A DNA stretch of 64,000 bases. Source: an uncultured Acidobacteriota bacterium (GTDB taxonomy: Bacteria > Acidobacteriota > Thermoanaerobaculia > Multivoradales > UBA5704). Below the pieces are notes generated by a model. The model was not told where the DNA came from. It ran no database searches and saw only the letters and a program-made list of their open reading frames with translations. Location: positions 71,700-135,699 of the forward strand of contig CAVWRJ010000011.1 in the NCBI GenBank assembly GCA_963757335.1, read 5' to 3'. Both the position numbers and the translations under genes were made by a program. Numbering within the stretch: the stretch's first letter is position 1; each line of letters opens with the position of its first letter. This document shows, one piece after another, positions 17,796 through 26,600 of this stretch.

Positions 17796-20700
17796 GAGCA
17801 AAGCGAATTCCTCCTTTGGTACTCATTCTTCTTATCGCCCAAGAGACTGGCGCCATGGCGCAAAAATTTGGTCACCTTCCTTTTGTGGACGCTATCGAGA
17901 GTGCTGCCATGAAGAACGGCAGCCGCGACCACTGCACACTCACCCCTCGCAAGCTGATGGCATACCTGCTCGCGCCCACTTGGTCGGAAGTAGCCAACAG
18001 TGACCGCACTTTAACCCCCTCGCCAATGGCACTGGGCAGAGGCGACAAAGATCTTCATTTCTTCATGGCGGGTCAAGATCAAATTGGCGCGCCCTACCAC
18101 CGCGCCTTTTGGCATCCCGGAATCGGCCTCTGGCAGCTGGATGATGGGGGGTTTGCGATGGGTCTCGGTGTGGAGAGATTCCACGCCGTGAACGCTGCGG
18201 ATAGCGCCGCCAAAATGATTGCGGATCTCTATTGCAACTGTACCGACCCAGACTCAGCACAGTGCGCCGCGATCATTTTTGGGCCGAGCACATGGGTCAG
18301 TTGTGGCAGCGATGGCAGTATCTGCTGGCAGACCTTCCAGGCTATCTATAACCCGAACGGCCCACCTCTGATCGCTGATGACTACTCCACTGATAGCCTG
18401 GGTGGCTCGGAGTACCATGTCTGCACCATCGCCGGGGCCCCAGAGAGATTTCACTGCCTTTATGTGGATACGACGCGGGTCGAGGGATATTCTCATTGGA
18501 CAACTTTCCCTGATCCGGGTGGACTATGGCCATTAGCTCAACCGTTCTATGTATATAACTATCCGCCGCTTGGCGCTGCGACATCTGAGATCCGATACTG
18601 GATGGCCGTGGACGGACCCATTGAAACCGGCCCCTTTCCCACGGACATCAGCGCAATGCGAACGTTAGGCATTAATTCGCGAGATGGTCTTATTTGGAAG
18701 CTACCTTCGGCGCCCAACGGCGACGGCCTCTGTGATCTAACTCGTCCCCATGGGGACGCATGTCTTGGCCAATATCGATCAAATGGAACGACGCCGATCG
18801 TGGTTGGCAGCGAAACGGATGAGAGTGCAGTCAAATTTCGTGCACTCATGAGCGATCCGAACGGGCAGTCAAGCAGATTAGAGATCGAACTCCGGCAGCT
18901 TAAGGAGAATAGCGGAGCCTTCAGCGATTCGCCAACGCAGACAAGCCCCATGGTCACCGCAGGTAACGTTGCCGAGGCGACGGCGAACGGCCTTATCAAA
19001 GGCTATTACCACTGGCAGGCAAGGACAGTAAACGCTACGGGGCAGAAGAGTCCATGGCAGTCGTTTGGTGGCAATCCTGACGGTGTAACGGATTTCACTG
19101 TCGGGCATGGCGGTACGCTTCAGGTCAGGGCAACCGTAGACGGCTCTCCTTATTCAGGCTTCGTTTCATATTCGGTATCAGGTCCCACATCCTTCGTCGG
19201 TACGAGCGCGGATATTTACCGCAATCTTCCTGAGGGCAACTACACGGTTCTTTATCTCTCCGGTGGCCCAGCCAATACCAATTACCACAATATTACTCCC
19301 GGCCCGAGTCAGTACGTCTCCGCAGGAAGTCCAATTTCGTGGACTCTTGCGCTCACGACAGATCAAGGGCAGTTCTGCTCGGCAAACTCCGGCGCCGACG
19401 CGCAATCAGCTTTATACACGACTTGTGGCGGCAGGCTATCCGTAATCCTTGCCGGCACCGGCAGCGGGCGCATACTGAGCAGTCCCGTCGGCATTGACTG
19501 CCCCGGAAGCTGCTCGACAAGCTTTCCGACAGCGTCGCAGGTGACCCTTTCTCCAAGTCCCTCACCGGGATCAACATTCAGCGGTTGGACGGGCGATTCG
19601 GACTGCTTCGATGGCGTGGTCACGATAAATGGCGATCGGACATGTACCGCGACATTCACGGCCACTGCTACCGCGTATCCGCTCTCCATTGCAACCTCCG
19701 GCTCGGGCACGGTAAGCAGCATCGACGGGGGCATCAACTGCGGCGCGACCTGCACTCACACCTACGTCTCTGACACTCCGGTAACGCTCACCGCATCAGC
19801 GGCTTCAGGCTGGTCATTTTCCAGCTGGTCAGGGAACTGCTCCGGAGGGCCGTCGATCCAGGTCACGATGACGAGTAGCCGCAACTGTACGGCGACCTTC
19901 GTGCAGACCGCAGGTACCACTCCCGAAACGACGACGGGGATGGCGCCGAATCCCGGCGCGACGAGCGCAACGCTGAATGGCACGGTGAATCCTCATGGGC
20001 TCGCTACCACTGCCTTCTTCGAGTACGGCCCCGACCCATTCCTTGGCTATGCGACTCCCGGAGTGGGCTTTGGCAACGGCAACTCCCCCCTGTCGTTTAG
20101 CCAACCCGTCACGGGACTCGCATGCGCGACGACCTACCGTTTCCGCACCGTGGGAGTAAGCGCCGCTGGCGAATATCGTTCGAGCAACAACACCTTTCAG
20201 ACGGCGGCCTGTCCCCCTGCCCCCTGTAACGTCCTGACGCTCACCCAAAACGGCGACGGCGCGGTGCCGGTAGCTACGCCAGCGCAGTCTTCGGGCTGTC
20301 CTTTCAGCCAGTACCATGCGGGCGAGCACATCACCCTCACGGCCTCCGCCGGAGACGGCAACATCGTGACCGGCTGGGGCGGGACGGATAACAACGCGAG
20401 CACGGCGACCGTGAACACGATGACCATGCCTGCCTCTAACTGGACGGCGTTCGCCTCTTATGGGCATATCTGCTACCACCTGAGCCTTGGATATACCGGA
20501 CAGGGCGCGGCACCCGTCGCGACGAATCCCGTGGCATCGTGTCCCGCTGACTACTTCCCCTGGGGCTACGAAGTGCGTGTGGAGTCAAGTCCCGCAACAG
20601 GATGGAGGATCGGGGGCTGGAGCGGAACGAGCAACGATGCGACCATGAGTCCCTTCAATTTTATCGTGATGCCGATCGGGAATACCACAGCGCTTGTGCA

Positions 20701-22726
20701 ATACATCCCGCTTCAATATCTGGTGCAAATTTCCAAAGGTGGGAATGGCGAAGGAACTGTCGCGAGCGACCTGCCGGGCATCAACTGCGGCCCGACATGC
20801 ACCGCCTCTTATCCCTACGGCACGACGGTGACCTTCACGGCGACCGCAGCTACGGGATCGAGTTTCGGAGGTTGGAGCGATCAGTGCGCGGGGGGCGTGG
20901 TGACGATTGATGGCGTCGGTACGAGTAAGAACTGCACGGCAACATTCGTCACCGATCCTCTTCAGGAGTGGGCGGTTGAACGCGCGGGAGGGAAGACCCT
21001 CCTTGGTGTCTATTTCTTGGACGAGAACGAAGGATGGGCGGTCGGCGGAGGGGGCACCATCCTCCATACCACGAACGGCGGTACCACATGGGAGCAGCAA
21101 ATAAGTCCTTCGCCTTATTATCAATACAATGCAGTTTACTTCGCCGATCACGGCATGGGCTGGGCTGCCGGGCTTGGTGGGGGCGATGGTAACGGCGGGG
21201 TGATCGTCCACACGACAGACGGTGGCGCCACGTGGTCGGTTCAGTACGATGGCGGCAGCAGTACGAGCAGCAGAATCTGGTGGCTTGCCGGAGTCGATCA
21301 GAATCGGCTCTGGGCGGCAGCGAGCTCCGGCTTGCTCTGGAGCACCGATGGTGGGATGAACTGGCAGCTAAGACCTATGAGCCCACTCTGGCGAGTCAGA
21401 TTTGCCGATGTCTCGAAAGGATGGGCTACCACCCAGAGCGGTGAGATCCTGAAGTCAGGGGACGGCGGGGCGACGTGGGAAACTGCCTATACCCCTCCGA
21501 ATGGAGGAGTCGTTATCGATCTGGGACTTGCCGGATCAAAGGTGTGGGGAGTTGGCTCTCTTTCCAATTTAAAAATCGTGGATACGCTCGACGGTGTGCA
21601 GTGGCAAGAGCAGTCAAGCGGGACGACGGACATTCTCCGCAGCAGCAGTTTTCTTGATGCCTGCACCGGCTGGGCTGTCGGCGGTGGGGGCACAATCCTG
21701 AAGACGCTAGATGGGGGAACGAACTGGACGGGGAGCATTCTCTCTTCATCCTTGTACGACGTATTCTTTACCCGTCGCGGAGGATGGGCAGTCGGACAGG
21801 GTGGGGTCATCCTCAAGTACATGAAGCCTATATCCCCTGGTCCTTCGCTTGCCTTCAGAAACAACCAGTTTGGTAGTTCCGGCGGCGATGGAACCATCGA
21901 TGTCACAACGCCTGCCGGGTGTGGCTGGGGTGTAGTGAGCGAGAACCCTGATTTCATTACGATCACTTCCGGAACTACAGGAGTAGGCAATGCCCGCGTC
22001 ACCTACCACGTAGCGCCGAATAGTGGGCTCCCCCGGCATGGGACTATCGATGTGGCTGGGGTGAAATTCTCGATAGAACAGGCAGGTGCTTCGTGCAATG
22101 CAGTCCTCAGTCCAATGACACAGTCGTTCGGTATCACCGGCGGCACGGGTACGTTTTCGATTTCGACTCAATCTGGATGCTCCTGGACTGCGGCGACAGA
22201 CGCTCAGTGGATAGTCGTCACTCAGAGTTCGGGCACAGGGAGCGGTACCATGTCGTTCACCCTCCAGGGTAATCCAGATTCCAGACCTCGAAGCGCGACA
22301 ATAGGCGTAAATGGATCGGTGTTTACGGTGTATCAGGCCGGTCCCGCGGTGGCGGGTGAAGCACTGAAGTTCTTTACCATAACTCCTTGTCGCGTGTACG
22401 ACACGCGGCCGGTTTCGCAGCTGGTCTCGGGCGCAAAGCGATATGTCCAGGTCACGGGGATCTGTGGAGTTCCTTCAACCGCGAAAGCGATATCAGCGAA
22501 CGTATCCATAACAGGTCCGACGGGTGGCGGATACCTTACGATCTGGCCATCCGATCTTGGAACACCGGGAACGAGCATCATCAACTTCTCCGGAGGCCAG
22601 ACCCGGACGAATAACGCGATCCTGCCCTTGGCTACCGATGGAGTCGGAGATTTGGCAGGACTCGCAAGCGTGCTGAACTCAGGCAATGTCCACCTAATCC
22701 TCGATGTCAATGGCTATTTCCAGTAG
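17792..22726 (+). CDS. giant secreted multidomain protein (1644 aa)
   Basis: Signal peptide MRAKRIPPLVLILLIAQETGAMA, then a lysozyme-like N-terminal region, InlB-B-like repeats (GTV.S.P.GI.CG..C...Y..GT.VTLTA.P..GS.F.GWSG.C), BNR/Ycf48-like repeats (GGGGTILHTTNGGTTWE) and BACON-like domains (WIVVTQSSGTGSGTMSFTLQGN); C-terminal ~125-aa domain shared with the protein at 46744-51558; GC lower than surroundings. Confidence 0.85.
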   Translation: MRAKRIPPLVLILLIAQETGAMAQKFGHLPFVDAIESAAMKNGSRDHCTLTPRKLMAYLLAPTWSEVANSDRTLTPSPMALGRGDKDLHFFMAGQDQIGAPYHRAFWHPGIGLWQLDDGGFAMGLGVERFHAVNAADSAAKMIADLYCNCTDPDSAQCAAIIFGPSTWVSCGSDGSICWQTFQAIYNPNGPPLIADDYSTDSLGGSEYHVCTIAGAPERFHCLYVDTTRVEGYSHWTTFPDPGGLWPLAQPFYVYNYPPLGAATSEIRYWMAVDGPIETGPFPTDISAMRTLGINSRDGLIWKLPSAPNGDGLCDLTRPHGDACLGQYRSNGTTPIVVGSETDESAVKFRALMSDPNGQSSRLEIELRQLKENSGAFSDSPTQTSPMVTAGNVAEATANGLIKGYYHWQARTVNATGQKSPWQSFGGNPDGVTDFTVGHGGTLQVRATVDGSPYSGFVSYSVSGPTSFVGTSADIYRNLPEGNYTVLYLSGGPANTNYHNITPGPSQYVSAGSPISWTLALTTDQGQFCSANSGADAQSALYTTCGGRLSVILAGTGSGRILSSPVGIDCPGSCSTSFPTASQVTLSPSPSPGSTFSGWTGDSDCFDGVVTINGDRTCTATFTATATAYPLSIATSGSGTVSSIDGGINCGATCTHTYVSDTPVTLTASAASGWSFSSWSGNCSGGPSIQVTMTSSRNCTATFVQTAGTTPETTTGMAPNPGATSATLNGTVNPHGLATTAFFEYGPDPFLGYATPGVGFGNGNSPLSFSQPVTGLACATTYRFRTVGVSAAGEYRSSNNTFQTAACPPAPCNVLTLTQNGDGAVPVATPAQSSGCPFSQYHAGEHITLTASAGDGNIVTGWGGTDNNASTATVNTMTMPASNWTAFASYGHICYHLSLGYTGQGAAPVATNPVASCPADYFPWGYEVRVESSPATGWRIGGWSGTSNDATMSPFNFIVMPIGNTTALVQYIPLQYLVQISKGGNGEGTVASDLPGINCGPTCTASYPYGTTVTFTATAATGSSFGGWSDQCAGGVVTIDGVGTSKNCTATFVTDPLQEWAVERAGGKTLLGVYFLDENEGWAVGGGGTILHTTNGGTTWEQQISPSPYYQYNAVYFADHGMGWAAGLGGGDGNGGVIVHTTDGGATWSVQYDGGSSTSSRIWWLAGVDQNRLWAAASSGLLWSTDGGMNWQLRPMSPLWRVRFADVSKGWATTQSGEILKSGDGGATWETAYTPPNGGVVIDLGLAGSKVWGVGSLSNLKIVDTLDGVQWQEQSSGTTDILRSSSFLDACTGWAVGGGGTILKTLDGGTNWTGSILSSSLYDVFFTRRGGWAVGQGGVILKYMKPISPGPSLAFRNNQFGSSGGDGTIDVTTPAGCGWGVVSENPDFITITSGTTGVGNARVTYHVAPNSGLPRHGTIDVAGVKFSIEQAGASCNAVLSPMTQSFGITGGTGTFSISTQSGCSWTAATDAQWIVVTQSSGTGSGTMSFTLQGNPDSRPRSATIGVNGSVFTVYQAGPAVAGEALKFFTITPCRVYDTRPVSQLVSGAKRYVQVTGICGVPSTAKAISANVSITGPTGGGYLTIWPSDLGTPGTSIINFSGGQTRTNNAILPLATDGVGDLAGLASVLNSGNVHLILDVNGYFQ

Positions 22727-22822
22727 CTGCTCGACGAGGTGACGCCGGTCGGCGGGCGCGTCGCTTGATTCGGTCAAATACGTGGTGGATGTAAACCTCC
22801 GAACGACGATGTGGAGATATTC

Positions 22823-23491
22823 ATGCCCAAACTTCCTGAAGTCGAAGGCCACTGGCACTCTTTGATCGAGGGCTTCGCGACCTCCTCCCTCGACTTCTAT
22901 ACCCTCGTCCAGGCGAATCTCGCCCGCCGCGAGATCCCCGATCTCCTCATCTATTCAGTGAAGTGGAAAGAGAGCGGCGTGGCCTCCGGGAAGCGCATCT
23001 ACCTCCGCATAAGCCGCGAGCACTTGAACTTCGACATCTGCGCCGCGCCCTTCGGCACCGGATTCTTCTTCTCCTGGTGGCTCGCGCGAATTCGGCGGAT
23101 CTTCCTTGACTTCCTCTGCCTGCTCCTTGGCCTTCTCTGCGGAGGCTTCATCGGATACGTCATCGTAAATGAAAGCCCGAATAGCACGGGACATGGCGCA
23201 GCCTTCGGCTCCCTCATCTTCTTCGGCACGCTCTTCGGCATTGGCCTCATCGTGCGCCATGCGAACCTCGGGCTCGAACCTACGGTCATCTCCATGCCCG
23301 TCACGGGTTTCCTCTACCGGTTCGTCTTCCGGCCGACGACGTACTTCAATGAGGATACCGCCCTCATGTTCCGGGAAGCGGTCCACAAGGCGGTGGTCGA
23401 GGCGATCGATACGGTGACCTCGGCGCAGGGGGTTCGCGGCCTCTCCGAGGAGGCGCGGAGGGTCACCTTCACTCCGGGCAAAGGGACGTGA
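22823..23491 (+). CDS. hypothetical membrane protein (2-3 TM)
   Basis: Hydrophobic segments FFFSWWLARIRRIFLDFLCLLLGLLCGGFIGYVIV and AAFGSLIFFGTLFGIGLIV; immediately upstream of the HerA-like fusion gene; ORF-track frame opens at 22811. Confidence 0.5.
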   Translation: MPKLPEVEGHWHSLIEGFATSSLDFYTLVQANLARREIPDLLIYSVKWKESGVASGKRIYLRISREHLNFDICAAPFGTGFFFSWWLARIRRIFLDFLCLLLGLLCGGFIGYVIVNESPNSTGHGAAFGSLIFFGTLFGIGLIVRHANLGLEPTVISMPVTGFLYRFVFRPTTYFNEDTALMFREAVHKAVVEAIDTVTSAQGVRGLSEEARRVTFTPGKGT

Positions 23492-23508
23492 CTGTGGGCT
23501 CGTAGGAG

Positions 23509-26496
23509 ATGGGTCAACCTACCCTCCCCAAGCGCCTGACTGAGCAGTTCTACGCCTTCGAACTCCGGGGCCGGGGCTACGAGGAGTTCCCCTATCCGGT
23601 AGAACTCGAACCGCCCTTCCGGCCCTTCCCCGGATACTCGCTTCCCCGCGTCGAGGACGACGGCCACCGGCCGACCATCCTCAGCCGTCTCTTCAGGCCT
23701 TCCCGCCGGAGGGTTGAAGCGCCCGAGACCCAAGAGCCAGAGCCCACGCCCTTCGAGGTCGAGGAGCCGATCACCGAGTGCGTGGTCTCCCTCCCCGAGG
23801 ACAAGGTGGTCTCCCGGGAACTCGCAGAGCGCTTCCTGCTTTCGGTCGCGGGCGCGGAGCTGCCGCTCGCCTTCGAGATCCTGGGACTCCCCGAGCGCCT
23901 TGAAGCACGGATCGCTTCCCGGGCGCCGGACACCTCCCTTCTCGCGAACGAACTCCGCGCCTTCTTCCCCGAGGTCTCGATCGGAGAAGAAGACGGCGGG
24001 CTCCGGAGCGCGTGGACAAGGGGTAAGGGCGAGACCGTCTGCCTCCACTTCGGCCTGGCCCGCGAGTTCATGCTGCCGCTCGTCTCCTTCCGCTCCCTCG
24101 ATCCCGATCCCCTTCTCCCGCTCCTTGGGGCACTCTCCGAGCTCGATCCCGGGGAGGCGGGCCTCGTCCAGGTCCTCTTCGAGCGGGTCAGGGAGCCGTG
24201 GGCCGAGAGCGTCATGCGGGCGGTCGTGACCGGGAAGGGCGAGCCCTTCTTCGCCGACTTCCCGGAACTCACAAAGCTCGCCAAGGAGAAGATTGCGAGC
24301 CCCCTCTATGCCGTCTGCCTGCGACTTGCGGCGAAGAGCAGAACCCTCGCCGGGGCCTGGCGCATCCTTCGCGATCTCGCGGGGAGCTTGACCCACTTCG
24401 GGAACCCCGTGGGAAACGAACTTCTCCCCTTGGCCTCCGAGGAGGGCGAGGAAGCCGCTACGGAGATCTTCCGCCGCACGAGCCGCCGCCCGGGGATGCT
24501 CCTCGGGCTCGACGAACTCACGGGGCTCGTCCATCTCCCGAGCGCCTCGGTAAAGATCCCGAAGCTCGTCCGCGAGGTGCGGCGGACAAAAGCAGCGCCG
24601 ATGCTCGCGGGAGGCATCCTCCTCGGGGAGAACTTGCATCACGGAAGGACCGTCCCTGTCCGACTGCCCGAGGAGCTTCGCCTCCGGCACCTGCATGTCG
24701 TCGGGGGCTCCGGGACCGGCAAGTCCACCCTCCTCCTCGACCTTATCTCGCAGGACATCGAAGCCGGCCGGGGCGTCGCCGTCCTCGATCCGCATGGCGA
24801 TCTTGTGGACGAGGTTCTCGGCCGCATCCCCGAACAGCGACTCGCGGACGTGATCCTCTTCGACCCGGCGGATACAGAGCACCCCCTCGCCTGGAACATC
24901 CTCGAAGCCCACTCCGAACTCGAACGCACCCTCCTCGCCTCGGATCTCGTGGGGCTCTTCCGCCGCTTCTCGACCTCCTGGGGCGATCAGATGACCTCGG
25001 TCCTCGGGAATGCCGTCCTCGCCCTCCTCGACTGCCCTGGTTCCACCCTCCTTGACCTCCGCGAGTTCCTCGTAGACCGCGCGTCCCGGGAGAAGCTCCT
25101 CAAGGCCGTAGAGGACCCGTACCTGCTCTCATACTTCCGGCAGGAGTTCTCTCTTGCAGCCGGGAAGAGCGTGGGGGCGATCCTCACGAGGCTCGACGGC
25201 TTCCTCCGGAGCCGGACGGTACGCGCGATCGTGGGCGCGCGCGAAAGCCGGCTCGACCTTCGGGCAGTCATGGACCGGGGGCAGATCTTCCTCGCGCGGC
25301 TCTCAGAGGGGGCGATCGGGGAGGAGAACGCCGCACTCCTCGGGAGCCTCCTCGTCTCGAAGTTCCACCAGGTAGCCATGAGCCGCCAAGAGATCCGGCG
25401 GGAGGAGCGGCGGCCCTTCTTCCTCTACGCCGACGAGTGCCAGGAGGTCGCGACCCCCTCCATGGCTCTCCTCCTTTCGGGTGGCCGGAAGTATGGCCTC
25501 GGCCTCACCCTCGCGCACCAGGATCTCCGCCAGCTCGATACCAAAGCTCCCGAAGTCGCCTCGGCGCTTATGGCGAACGCGGGGACAGGCGTTGTCTTCC
25601 GGGTCGGTGAGCGGGACGCGAAGGCGCTCGCCGAGGGCCTCTCCTACTTCGGCGCCGCCGATCTCCTGGGGCTGCGGGTCGGTGAGGCCGTGGCCCGGAT
25701 CGAAAACGCACGGGGCGATTGCAACCTCCGAACGCGGCTTCTGTCTCCTGTTCCCTCAGACATCGCCCTCCATCGCCGGGAGGCGGTCACTCTGCACTCG
25801 CGGGAGCGCTACGCCACCCGGGTCGAGGCGGTGGAAGCGCGGAGGAGAGAGGAGATACCGCCTCGCCCGGAGACAAAGGACGTGCCGGAAGTCACCGCGC
25901 CTGCCCGGGAGCCGGAAGAGCGCTCCACGACGCCGCTGCCGCCGAAGCGGGCAGCGCGGTCCCCAGTTCCCCCTCCACCCCTCGGTCGGGGCGGGCCGGA
26001 GCATCAGTACCTTCAGGAACTCGTGAAGCGCTGGGGAGAGTCCCATGGCTACCGCGCCGTGATCGAAGAAGAGATCCCGGACGGCAAGGGCAGCGTCGAT
26101 GTGTCTCTTCGGAGCGACGATTTTTCGATCGCGTGCGAGATCTCCGTCACCTCGACCGTGGCACAGGAGGTTGGGAACGCAAAGAAGTGCCTCGAAGCCG
26201 GTTTTGATGAGGTCGCGATCCTCGCCCTCGCGCGTCCGCGCCTCGCAAAAATCGAGGCGGCTCTCAAGGCAAAGCTCACAGCTGCCGACCTCGCCCGCGT
26301 GCATGTGGTCTCCTCGGAAGAACTCTTCTCCCTGCTCTCCATGAGGCCCGTGACTACGGAGACCGTGGTCGGTGGATACAAGGTGAAAGTGCGCAGGAAG
26401 ACCGTTGAGACGAGTGAAGAGGCCATCCGCTACCGCGCCCTCACCGAGGTCATCGCAAAGAGCGTGCGCCGCCTGGAGGGCAAGGAAAAGCCATAG
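23509..26496 (+). CDS. HerA/FtsK-superfamily (TraD-like) ATPase fused to ~370-aa N-terminal unknown domain and C-terminal PD-(D/E)xK-like tail
   Basis: HLHVVGGSGTGKSTLL (Walker A), LDPHGDL, FFLYADECQ (Walker B), GLGLTLAHQDLRQL and GVVFRVGERDAKAL match the ATPase at 4844-6124; C-terminal GSVDVSL...IACEISVTS...NAKK is reminiscent of restriction-endonuclease-fold residues. Confidence 0.7.
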   Translation: MGQPTLPKRLTEQFYAFELRGRGYEEFPYPVELEPPFRPFPGYSLPRVEDDGHRPTILSRLFRPSRRRVEAPETQEPEPTPFEVEEPITECVVSLPEDKVVSRELAERFLLSVAGAELPLAFEILGLPERLEARIASRAPDTSLLANELRAFFPEVSIGEEDGGLRSAWTRGKGETVCLHFGLAREFMLPLVSFRSLDPDPLLPLLGALSELDPGEAGLVQVLFERVREPWAESVMRAVVTGKGEPFFADFPELTKLAKEKIASPLYAVCLRLAAKSRTLAGAWRILRDLAGSLTHFGNPVGNELLPLASEEGEEAATEIFRRTSRRPGMLLGLDELTGLVHLPSASVKIPKLVREVRRTKAAPMLAGGILLGENLHHGRTVPVRLPEELRLRHLHVVGGSGTGKSTLLLDLISQDIEAGRGVAVLDPHGDLVDEVLGRIPEQRLADVILFDPADTEHPLAWNILEAHSELERTLLASDLVGLFRRFSTSWGDQMTSVLGNAVLALLDCPGSTLLDLREFLVDRASREKLLKAVEDPYLLSYFRQEFSLAAGKSVGAILTRLDGFLRSRTVRAIVGARESRLDLRAVMDRGQIFLARLSEGAIGEENAALLGSLLVSKFHQVAMSRQEIRREERRPFFLYADECQEVATPSMALLLSGGRKYGLGLTLAHQDLRQLDTKAPEVASALMANAGTGVVFRVGERDAKALAEGLSYFGAADLLGLRVGEAVARIENARGDCNLRTRLLSPVPSDIALHRREAVTLHSRERYATRVEAVEARRREEIPPRPETKDVPEVTAPAREPEERSTTPLPPKRAARSPVPPPPLGRGGPEHQYLQELVKRWGESHGYRAVIEEEIPDGKGSVDVSLRSDDFSIACEISVTSTVAQEVGNAKKCLEAGFDEVAILALARPRLAKIEAALKAKLTAADLARVHVVSSEELFSLLSMRPVTTETVVGGYKVKVRRKTVETSEEAIRYRALTEVIAKSVRRLEGKEKP

Positions 26497-26600
26497 TGGC
26501 AAAGGGTGCGGATTCTGCCGCCTTCCCTCCTGCGGCCGCAGTGTCCATCATGGTCGAAGTCCCTTTAGAACTCCACCCTCAAGCACCCAAAGGAGGAAAC

